In this document: in pieces, positions 11,742 to 22,741 of the stretch
Layout: each line of letters opens with the position of its first letter
Numbering within the stretch: the stretch's first letter is position 1
NCBI GenBank assembly: GCA_010015805.1
Contig: ML978134.1
Span: forward strand, 620,001-684,000
Source of the DNA: Rhizodiscina lignyota
Lineage: Eukaryota
Direction of reading: 5' to 3'
Length of the DNA stretch: 64,000 nucleotides
Notes under the pieces: generated by a model
The model's input: only the letters and a program-made list of their open reading frames with translations
Told to the model about the DNA's origin: nothing
The model's database searches: none
Position numbers and translations under genes: made by a program

Positions 11742-13720
11742 TTAAAGCATCCCTCTGCTTAGGAACTTGACTGGCAGGTCGACATATCGAGCCCGACAAA
11801 ATTCCGCCACCTGCTTGCCCAAGCAATCGTATCTGCTCGAGCAGCTTGCACCGCGACTGTAACTGTTAGCTATAATTCCTGTCTTCAAAGGCGCCAGACA
11901 TACTCAAGATGATCATGGAGAAGGAAATGTACTCCGTAAGCGTTTGGAAGCTCGAATCGGTCCTGGCCATGTTAGCAAAGTTTCTAAAGTCAGATACAGG
12001 GGCACGTACAATCTTCTTGCCATTATACTCCTCCGCAAGCAAGTACTTCATCGTCTCGGTGCTGAGCAGGCCCCTCAGCCAGTCCCACTCATCCTTATGC
12101 CGCACCCAGAACCCGACATTGCAGTTGCTGCCCTTGTCTCCGCTCCTCCCATGTACAATCCAGCCCAAAGGTCCACGTACTGTGCGGCCAAACCTTGACA
12201 TATCTACTGATCGAGCAGTCACGTCCTGGCTGGGCTGTTGCTTGGGATATGTCCTTGTGCTGTCCAGCGCCGGAGGTGGTATATCGATTGCTTCTCCACT
12301 TTCGAGGTGGACCTGGTGCTGGATGTCGCTTTGAGGCAAGAGAGTAACCCAATACTCGAATATGGGCTTTGGGAACCCAAGCCTTAAATCCAGATGGCAA
12401 GTCGCGCCTGGGTAACCCTCCATAATCGGATCGACGCAGGGCCTCAAGAACTTCGAGGGAGATAGATCCTTCTGCTCTTTCGCCTGCGCAAATACTCTGA
12501 AGTTCACGGTCGCCTTGTTCTGATTCGTGGGATTGTCAGGGACACTGCCATTCTGCGTGAACTCGAGCATCGTGAACTTGTGGATGTGAGGAGCAAGCAT
12601 CTTCCGCATCTGAGCTTCAATCATGCGGGCTTTCGCATCGATATCAAGGCCTGTAAGGAACCAGTTCATTTCGGCTTGGTAGCCTCCTTTGGCCGTGATA
12701 CCAATCTTGGTCGTCGGAGGAGGCGGAGAGCCTGTGACGCCGCGCAACGCTACTCGATCAGCCCCTAGCTGCTCGAACCAAAGGCCATCCAGGTTCGCGG
12801 TCACATCCTAAGGCTCCTTTATCAGTATGTTTCAAGTATGTAAATGCACGATTTCTTACGCTGTTGAAATACCACGGGCCTTGAATTTCGTATAGCAACT
12901 GGCTTGTACATGTGCCGACAGACACTTCTCCACACTTTCCTTTTTGCTTCGTGATTACAACCTGACCACTTCCATCAATCTCAGCGATTGGATATGCCAT
13001 GTCGTCCCAGCCTTTTGACTCCAAATCTTTGAATCCGGTGTAATTTCCACCAGTAACGTAACTCGAGCACTCAATCAAATGGCCTCCAACAAATGCGTTT
13101 GCGAGCTTATCCAGTTCATGCCTGCCCCAGCCATGCCACCATACTGCGGATGCTATGACTGGACTTGCATCTGAAACGCGCCCGCAAACCACAATATCTG
13201 CTCCTCTTTTGAACGCCTCCACAATACCCAGCCCACCCAGATATGCTTGTGCATATATTGGCTCAAATGTCCAGTCACTCAGGACCTCGCCCGTGCAGAT
13301 ATTCTCGAATTTGGTCCTCCCTTCTTTCACAGCCTTCTGCACGGCAGGGAAGCACTCATCCCCACTGACCCACGCAACACTCAGCTTTAGGCCCTTCTTC
13401 TTGGCCATTTCCCTCACGGCCTCTGCCAATCGCTTCGTGTCACTGGCGCCAGCATTCACGGCGAGCCTGATCTTGTACTTGGCAATGTTCTCTATCGCTG
13501 GTGCAAGGGCTTCGAGGAAGGTAGGTTCGTACGCAGGCACGTCGGGCGAGTCGGTGATGCTACCAGCACGAGCGGTCATGTTGAACTCCGACATCCAGTC
13601 ACCAATTATCACGTCAATTGGGTCGTTTGGAGCGTTAGCTGCAAGCTGAGCCATTGCGAGCCGTCGATCGGTTGCGGCGCCAGAGCAGCCAGCAATCCGT
13701 ATTGGCCTCTTTGCCGCCAT
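11742..13720 (-). CDS. AtuA / DUF1446 acyclic terpene utilisation family protein (4 exons)
   Basis: RIAGCSG..DR, GDWMSE, GADIVVCGRVSDAS, QLLYEIQGPWY, HGRSGDKGSNCNVG. Spliced C-terminus DRFELPN..HFLLHDHLDRGASCSSRYDCLGK..GML*. Confidence 0.92.
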
Positions 13721-14473
13721 ATTTGTAGTATCGATATCAATTAGGCTGCTCAATGTTAATGTAACAATCTGAGATACAATTGATTTTTACACGAGAAAGG
13801 AGCTTCGCCGTCACGGAGGTCGATACAGTGCTTCTGGAGAAACAAAAGAGACGGTGCGGAGATAATATAAGGAACAGAGCACCGAGCTTGAGGCAATGAA
13901 GGTTCCCATCTTGAAAGCTCCAATTGACCCTGGCCGAGGCTATGCAGCTGGATGCGGAGGTTAGGATTTTGGTCTAGAGAGAGCTTTGCGGAATGTCGGC
14001 TAGCAAGCGGGAGGCGGGATTCCGAACGGGGTAAAGGATAGGGGTGGGCTTGGCATAACAACTCCTGAGTTCTTGACAGCTTCACCAGAACGTGGAATGT
14101 CGAATAAAACGCACAGCATTGATATCATATTCTCTTTTCGAAGTCATAGACGTGTTTTTATATTCAAGAAGGATGGAGGAGTGTGGTCCTTGGCATATAT
14201 TACGTTATCTTTGCACATGGTACGGAGTATCAAGTCGCTGATTCCACATTATAATTATACCTATTTGGAAAAATCCTTCCTTACAAATGAGTGGAGATCA
14301 CTACAAAGTTGTAGTGTACATCACTTTCCTCCTCGATTGGCAAACACTGCAATATCGAAATGAATGTCTGATGCCTTCTCGTCGCAACATCAATCCATGC
14401 CGAGCGCTAATCAAAAACTCACCACAAAATGAATCGTACTTTTATTTCTCTTTCATCTCATCCTTGCTTTTTC

Positions 14474-15399
14474 CTAAAAATGTTTTTCATGATGAAACTT
14501 GTCCTTGTCATGATGGCGATGTTCGTCTGCAAATAAATGAGTTAGCTCGGGAAAGATATGAAGATGTGATAGAGATGTCCATTACCATGGTGATCTTCCT
14601 TCTTCCCAAAGTCCTCATTCCGTTTGAAATGTTCCTTGCGGCCGTGGTTACGGTCATGATCGCGGTCATGATCCTTATCGTGGTCATGCTCGTGCTTCTC
14701 TTTCCCAAACTCCTCATTCCTTTTGAAATGTTCCTTACGGCCATGGTCCTTGTTATGGTCCCGATCGTGATCCCGATCGTGGTCGTGGTGGTCCTTGTGC
14801 CTATCAAACGCTTCATCTCTCTTAAAATGATCTTTGTGGCCATGATCATGATCTTTGTGATCTTTGTGATCATCGTGGTGCTTGCCGTCGTGCTCATGCT
14901 TCTCAAAGTCCTCATTTCGCTTAAAGTGATCTTTGTGATCCTTGAACTTCTTCTTATCATCATGGTGCTTTTCTGGGCGGAAGTGATGTTCCTTCTTAAA
15001 ATCCTGCAAATGCTTAGCACCTGAAAAACATGTATGTGCACTCAATTGTATTGGAAGGCAAAAGAGCCGAGACTTACAGGTTCGGCTTCAGCCTCACGCT
15101 TAAAGTGATCCTTATGATCCTTGAATTTCTTCTTATCGTCGTGATGCTTTTCCGGGCGGAAGTGATGTTCTTTCTTAAAATCCTACAAAGACTTAGCACG
15201 TGCACAACTTCTATGTGTGCCAGATTGTATTCAAAGTGGACGATTCGAGACTTACAGGTTCAGCCTCACGCTTGTTCATGTTGATGGCATATTCCACAGC
15301 CCGAGCTTCAACGGCTGCCTGAAGCGCAGCCCCTGGCTCCGGAATGGCAGCTGCTTGAAGCAGCGGAGCGAGGAAGAGTGTAAGAGCAAAGAAACGCAT
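14474..15399 (-). CDS. Secreted KEX2-processed repeat protein (KEP): 239-aa precursor of six His/Asp/Lys-rich peptides
   Basis: Exons 15399-15256, 15182-15078, 15003-14586, 14526-14474, with canonical GT..AG introns and GCTAA branch sites. Signal peptide MRFFALTLFLAPLLQAAA. Six KR sites; EAEP/EAEAEP spacers; every unit ends in HF. Confidence 0.88.
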
Positions 15400-17664
15400 C
15401 TTGGGTGATGTGTGAAGTTGATGAGGAAAGGAGAAATTAACGTCTGGTGCTGGATAAGAGCGAGAAATAAGTAGGTGGAAGTGAATGTGGCTTCTTGGCT
15501 GGCCTGGATTTTAACTCTGGCTTGGACTTGAGAATCCGTCGAGCTTTATATACATGATTCTCTTTGCTGCTCAAGCTTCATCAACAACTTCCTCTGCCGG
15601 CCGCCCACATCCGCATCCTACTAAGCGGGAGCTGAGGACCTCTGCATAATTCTCGACCCCAAGCACAACAGACTTCTGCTCAAGGCCGTGCAACTTTACA
15701 ATTGCGGATCCTCAGCAACTACCATTCGCTACCTCACGGCGAATCCTTGGGTAGATGGTCGTGAAGCAGTAGGATACCTACATCTCCGCCGCCAACTGAC
15801 GTCGGATGATATCACGAACGCTCTTCGGTTTAAAATGCGAAGCTTAGAAGAAAGCTTGATGCTCAAATACTTCCATGTTAGATTATTGCGTGATTGAAGT
15901 CAACTGGCTGTTCCTGTTTACATGTCTTTGTGTGTTGGCGACCAGATGTCGCCGTTTGCTATTGTGAGGTTCTGGGACCCAGGTACTTGTTCTAAGGACT
16001 GGTATGCAACGTTTCCATGACACAGAAAAACTGAGGAGGTGCTTCCAGCCCTATGCATCTATTTCCAATTTTGGAGTTGTCTTGCGGAACTGTATGGCGA
16101 TCGCCACACAATGCTGGCAAGCACGCAAATGCTACTTACCGCAAACGGACGCCCGTAGTATTCCGAATCGAGAGGAGCCCAGGTTTCCCCACAAAACATG
16201 CACCGAATTTGACTCTCATACCCCTGGTTTATACCTCTCTTGTCTACACAGAAAGGAATAAGTCTGATTTTTCATACAGGCTGTGCACGTGTCTCCAATC
16301 CCAATTCATTTCTCCCGCGGTCGATGGGGTCGCCTCCGTGAACAAAATCGAACCCCGTCATTGAACCACTTTCTGCTCAACTACAACTATATTCTAAAAT
16401 GTTATTGCCCTGAGCTGAGGTCTTTCCCATTCCCCGCTGTTCTCCGCAATTTCGATGAGCTTATGTAATTGATCAACCGGTGACGGCGGCGCGGAATCCC
16501 TCGATGCGTAGCCGGAGCAAAGCTCACCAGTCGAAGTGCTCAATGTAGGGCTTCAATATTGAGCTTCATTAATCCTACCTCAGGCTGACTGCATGGCAGT
16601 ACTTGCTCGACAAGCCGGAATACTGGTCCACGTTGACCGCGTCAGCGTTTCAGCACTCGATCGAATTCTGAGATTATTCGCGCAGCGAGGAAATATTTGT
16701 CAACAAATGCTTATGTCCACCAACGGGCAATACCAGGAGCAAACGTAAAGTTGTACAGCCCCCTGTGATAGGCTAGAGGACTTTGGACTTCACAATTCAT
16801 TGGGCAAGTCGAGAATGGGATCAGGATGAACTGAACGAACCGACCTGGCCAGCGTTCCGGTGAAGTAGCGATCACTTGTGGATGTGCAGATGTGCCTACA
16901 TAGTGGATTCGCCAAGCAAGAATTGCCATGCAATAGCTGGACGCAACAACCTCTTGCGGCTTGTCTTGGTCCGAGAGACGGCCGCTTCAACGAGCCTCAG
17001 CTTGTCAGAGAGACCAGCAACTGCAATCCGGGACACCCGAGATTGTTAATACAAGATCCTAGTCAATCTGGAATACAATGTAGCGACATATGCAGAAATC
17101 ATGAGACAAGACTCCAGTACACAAATGGAGTCCCGCTTCCCGCCAGATGCCTAGCACCGTCGATGATCGCCACCGCGGAGCCCAGGCCTTTGCCTGACTT
17201 ATGGACGGCAGTGCAAGAAGAGCAGATCACAGTGTCAGGCTGCTCGCTGCTGTCCGACTAAGCCAGCCATGCGAAGTAGATCTTCCATTTGGCGGCCGCT
17301 ATCCCAAGTTCAGATTCTGGATGGGTGAACGTTTTGCAGTTTTCGATATTTCTTGACCTTTTCGGGGCTCTTATCCGGTAAGCATCGTGAATATCGGGTT
17401 GTCTTTGTCGGACTCTGACCAGTGCATCAAAAGCATTACCGCGATATACCCGTCGAAGCCATAAGGACGAACGAGATCATTCACATGTGCGTTTGGATCT
17501 CTGGTAAGCATTGCGCATATCAGGAATGCCCATATGTCCTCGAGCTCTCTTCATTGGAGGGTGTCCTTTAGCTATGTTGAGCGAGCACTTGATATTCAGC
17601 GATGGGCTCGGCTTGATGTTCAGCGGCGAGCTCGGTATTGTCAGAGACTCAGTGCGAGCCGCTG

Positions 17665-17696
17665 TCCTCCTCCTCCTCCTCCTCCTCTTCTTCCTC
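17665..17696 (+). repeat. (TCC)n microsatellite
   Basis: tcctcctcctcctcctcctcctcttcttcctc. Confidence 0.8.
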
Positions 17697-18005
17697 GTTA
17701 ATAGCAATGCCCTCAACATCACTATTATCAGAGATCTAACCGTGTCGTTCAACGGTAGACTAATGATAATCTCGCTAATCTCACTACCACTATCCATCTT
17801 CGTCTTTGTCGAACGTCCCAGCCTCGATGAGCGGTGTTAATTTAGAAGGATTTGAGGGGCCAATAACAGTCGATAGTACTGTTTCACTGTAGATGGAATA
17901 CTGACAGAATTGAGGGCATACGACGGTCGGGTTGGCTACCACTTGACGCGGAATCGGAGGTCGTAGCTTTCGAGGAGGTCGCAGAGGTCGCAGTCTACCC
18001 AAACC

Positions 18006-20862
18006 TCAGGTGTTCGGATCTATTGATGGTGGCCGACGCAGTTCTCTGTAGACTGCGATAGGTGTGGCAATACACAGCAATACAAGGGAAGCGAATAGGA
18101 GTCGTATTGGTTCCCACTTCGGGGACGGGCCAAATATGCCATCGTACCCAGGCAATCTGAGACTTCGAACAGGCCCAGAAGAATCCTAACATAGCCATTA
18201 GCATATGCTCATCACTTAAGACTAGCACAAAATGAAAGTAACGTACCCAAGTTCCTCCATTGGGGCCTGTCGTCGACAAGCTAGGGGGGCAATCTTCGTC
18301 GCGAGTACCCCAATCGCTCTCTTCTCGGCTCAGCACCAATTCCAGAAGTCCGCCATCTAAGAAGAATGCATGATCGATCCAATTCCGCATGTACGGCTGG
18401 CCATCGAGTGACGCGCTTTGTATATATATCGCTTCGTACTCTGGGTCAAAGTTGACGGTGCGGATCGTGGCTACGTTGCCTGTCTGTGGGTTACGGATGC
18501 TGACTTCGCGGAAGAATGGAGGGAGGATAAGGTAGACGTTCTGTCCGGCATTGGGAAACAAGCCCAGCATGGTCAGAGCCGCAAAGGAGCCCATTGCTCC
18601 GCTATCATCGTTTCCTTTGAGCAAGCGATTAGCAGAATGTCCAACATGAGCTTCAATTCCGTTTGTGGGAAGCGTGGAGTGGGCTTTACCAGGTATTCCC
18701 CCCAACGTATTGTTGAATTGTCTCGGAATATATGTATGTGCGCGTTTCGCCGACAAACCCGGCCGACCTGCATAATGATACAAGAATGGAGTTAGGAAGC
18801 CTTGCTCATCTCCCATTTCCAACAGCCCTGACTCGTGGAAGAAATCGAGACGCTTGATGAAGGAATCACGGCCGCCAAGAGCTTCAATGAGAGAGGCGAT
18901 ATCTCCGGGAACGAAGAAAGTGTATAGCCAGCAGCTGCCCTCGTAGGTTTCGTGGCCGTCCCAAGAAAGAAAGCAACTGTTTGGCTCTAACAATGGTGAA
19001 CACAGCACCGGATCTTGATGTGCCCAGGATCCGTTCGAATGCTTGGGCTGCAAGACACCATCGAAGCCAACACTGTTTCCATTGATCGCTGTACTTTGGT
19101 TGACTTTCAGTAGATTCTTCCAGTTCTCCGACCGCTTCATATATTTCCTGTAGTCTGCTGTTTTATTAAGGCCCTTGGCAATTTGTGCGACAGAGAAGTC
19201 GTTGTAAGCATATTCCACGGTGCGAGAGATACTCCTCGTAAGAGTTCCATATCCCAGGGTGTCATTGTCATGGATTGGAATGTATCCCTTAGTCTTCCAG
19301 CTCACTAACCCCCCACGGCCCTCCCAGCTCCAGCGTTCGGGCTCCTCCTCCGCGTCCTTGAGCACCGCCTCGTAGCCCGCGCTCCAATCTATTCCCTCCT
19401 TTAGACCCTTGACATATGCATCGGCTAGGACCACGTCGGCGTTAGATCCCCCTTGGGTCCACCCTTTGCACAATGACATGCGACAGTCAGGGAGGTAGCC
19501 TTCGTGGGCATAGGTGTCAATCAAGCTTCTAACCATAAGAGTCTGGGCTCGCGGGTCAAGAATGGTTAAGAGCGGGTGCTGAGCGCGGAATGAATCCCAG
19601 ATGCAATAGAATGAATCGTAGTATGGCTCCATGCTGTTCCAGAGTGGATTTTCGCCAGTGTAGTCTTGAGGGCTTAGGAAAGAGCGATAAATGCCACTCC
19701 AAAAGACAGCCTTGAGGTCCCGTGAGACCCCTTGATCATCAGAAACCGAGACCACTTCTAGCTTCTCTCTCCACGCCTGTTGTGCTGTCGCTAACGTGTC
19801 ACCGAAGTCAAAGTTTGGAATTTCTCTCGCCGCATTTCTGCACGCCTGCTCCGTGCCTTTAAAACTTAACCCAACTCGCGCCAGAATTGCATTTTCGCTG
19901 GACGAAAAATCGAATCGAGTGAATGCACCTCGGGGCCTGAATGGATATGAAAACATTCCGCTGCCGTTGTAGAAGCCCAGGGTACCATCAGCAAACGCAC
20001 CCGCGTCGCGGACCGCAGCTCCTGCATAGTCTACGCAGAACGAGAGACGATAGTGCCCTGTACCGAAACTTGGCGTAAAGGTGCCACTTCCGGTGATCCT
20101 GCCCGTCGTTGTATTGTAAGAGAGCTCGGTGTTCCTTTCGGAGCCAGGAAGATCAGTGAGCTCGGTTACAATGACTGGATTGGGATTCCTGGTGGGGCTG
20201 TTCTCAGTTTCCAGAAACGTGAAGCGATAGAGGGCAGTGTGGTTCGACACTGTCATCTCCGCTTTGATTCCGGAATCGAGCGTGATTGCAAAATAGCCAG
20301 GGTAAGCCTCGGCCGAGTCGTCAATCCGCTTGACCGCACGGATATGGATACACTGTTCCAAATCGTCTCCAGGGCAATTGAGTGGAAAGAGGGGGAAATT
20401 CCCCAGTGATGTAGCTCCGCCGGTGCCCGAATCATGCACTAAAATGTTCGTGTAAGTACATTACGGCTTGAGATATACAATGGGGTTTGTACTGTGTGAA
20501 AATCCCTTAATCTCGCTCCGGTCAGAGCCGTAACCGCCTTGGTTTTCTCCTTTTACATCGGCAACAGCTTTTGCCATACCTACACACCAAAGGGATCGAA
20601 CTTAGCAATGGGGATCATCTTTGGAATCAGACATAAGCCGCTCACCGAAGGGTAGGCTTGCGCCAGGGAAGACATGACCTGCCATCAAATCAGAAACTTT
20701 TGACAAGTATGGAGCACAAACGCCGGCGAAGCTGCGGGGATCCGTCTACTTGCCTCCACTAATGGTACCGATCAAAGGATTCACGTAGCTGTAGCCACTC
20801 CCACCACCTAGGACCGCTTGCGGCCCAAAGAGGGTGCAGAGCGAAAAGATGCCCAGCCTCAT
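18006..20862 (-). CDS. Secreted alpha-1,2-mannosidase, glycoside hydrolase family 92
   Basis: Spliced N-terminus YVNPLIGTISGGHVFPGASLPFG. Motifs HDSGTGG..SLGNF, IWDSFR, TQGGSNAD, SRTVEYAYNDF, GNDDSGAM. Last exon 18185-18006 is inferred. Confidence 0.92.
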
Positions 20863-21662
20863 GATACATGGAGACGACCGAATGACGGAACAAGGTTACT
20901 GAAGAAACAACGCGCAAAGAAAGCGCTTGAACGTTGAGACGAAGATTGATGCTTCGTGGCATCGAGGTTATGTAAAGGCTTGGAGCAGGTTCCAGCTACA
21001 CGCATTGGCATGCATGGGGCACCCCACACCCCATGTTTCATTTCCGTTAACGGAATAGTCTCATTAAAAATAGATTTGTTTACTTCATCTGAATCATCTC
21101 AGAAATCTCAATCCTATGAAACCACGAACATGGATTTTGCCAATCTACGGTGTACTATCATATGTACATGACATCCACCAGTTAAACAACATCCTAGGCA
21201 TGAGCGAAAGGCTGTGATCTACTCTATGAGGTAACTACATGTATGATTTTGTACTAGGCACAGCGCGTTTCGGGTCGCAGGTCCCCCTTTTGCAACAAAA
21301 TATATTTTGGCCAGCTGGCTCGAGCTTGATATGGCCAACGCTGCTCATCGGGAGATTTACAGAGATTAGGTGACCACGTGCGAGTGGAACTTCCTTGTCT
21401 CGATTCGACACGTCTTGCACACAAACCATCCTCAACCCTTCTACCAAATTTCGATATTATCAAAATATATTCAGGTAAAGAATACGATGAATTTAACTGA
21501 CTGTTATGTGCTAGAATATAAAGCTGGTTTGAAATTGTGACATGTAGAGCAGCGCTGGCAACGCAGCCCCAACCAGGTCCAGAATAATTACTCGGAAACA
21601 GAATATGGGAACATGCTCGATATAAGAAGCAAAATGCTGTTGCGCAGAGGTGTAAAAATCGC

Positions 21663-22741
21663 TTAGGGAGGACCACCGGCAGGCCCGCTCTTGTCCCAAT
21701 ACCCTGCGCCTTTGTAGCTGCAAGGCCCAACAACACAGTAATACGAGACACCACCAGCGTTGTTCGCATTGGGCGAATACATGACAAAGGGCCCCCCGGT
21801 AGAGTCTTCATTACAAGTAGTGTCGTAATTGTTCTGGACAGTGTATGCGGTGTCTAAGAAACAGGGTCAGACGATCGATTGGCCGATTGCTATGCTCCGA
21901 AGTTCAAACTTACGCGCTGTCCCGTACCAGATGCACACTGTCTCACCAGTGCCTGCAGTGCACTGATACTCATTGCCTGTTTCCCAGGACTCATCGACGG
22001 AGAAGCCACCGCTGATCCACTCGGTCGCAACGAGGTCGGCGCTCCAGCCGACGCTGAAACTTTGAGAGTCTTCTTGGCCAACCGTACATTGGACGGCAGC
22101 GCCACAGCTTATGGGGCCCTAGCTGTGTCAGTTTAGGTCCAAGAGGGAAGGTATGAGTAACTCACGCTAAGCTGCGAGTCCCAGTAGTTCTGATGCGGAT
22201 TGCCATCGGCGATCATGCTGGTACTTTGGAAGACTGTGCACGCTGGAGGGGCGTCTGTGCGTTTTGATTTCTTCGTGACTGGCTCGGACTTTGGAAAGCC
22301 GTAATGCTTCGGGAAGTGGATCGAGCTTTCAGAGAAACAATCCTCGGTGACATTGGTAGGAATGGAAGTGTAAGAAGTGCCCTTCGATGGGATGCTGCAG
22401 ACTACCTTGGCAAAGTCGCCGTTGTACATCTTAGAGCAGACAATACCTCCAGAGTGGTCGGGCTTCGAGTGCACCTTGTAGTTAGAGGAGCCATAAGTAA
22501 CGGTGCCGGATCCGTCCGCGTCAACGTCGAAGGAGATTGGTTCCTTAGCAAAGTTTCCGTCATCGACCTTGTCGCTGCAGGCCTGGCCGAGAAGAACGGT
22601 CTCATCCCCATTCCACACTTGGAGAGACTTGGCTGAGGAGCCCTTCTCATGCCTCCAAATGACAGAGATGTCGCCGTGCGAGGTAGGAGCCGCAGCCGCC
22701 AGCGGCAGCAAGGTGATCAGGAAAGGAGCGAGAGAATACAT
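21663..22741 (-). CDS. Secreted Cys-rich protein of unknown function (about 323 aa, 3 exons) with an internal KR site
   Basis: Signal peptide MYSLAPFLITLLPLAAA. Introns 22165-22119 and 21913-21854 give a continuous frame ending YYCVVGPCSYKGAGYWDKSGPAGGPP*. Confidence 0.85.

Noticed and set aside
14287..15024. 245-aa very hydrophobic plus-strand ORF that looks like a membrane protein
   Set aside because: It is the antisense shadow of the His/Asp/Lys repeats; the splice signals and signal peptide are on the minus strand.
14474..15399. Alpha-type mating pheromone or dikaritin RiPP precursor
   Set aside because: Cores are 27-31 aa and highly charged, without Trp, Cys or Tyr, and no DUF3328 or tyrosinase gene is visible nearby.
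16660..16720. CTGAGATTAT resembling the core of a fungal TPP riboswitch
   Set aside because: The downstream conserved elements are missing and there is no thiamine gene context.
17477..17840. ORFs with poly-Arg or poly-Leu tracts
   Set aside because: They are translations of the (TCC)n microsatellite.
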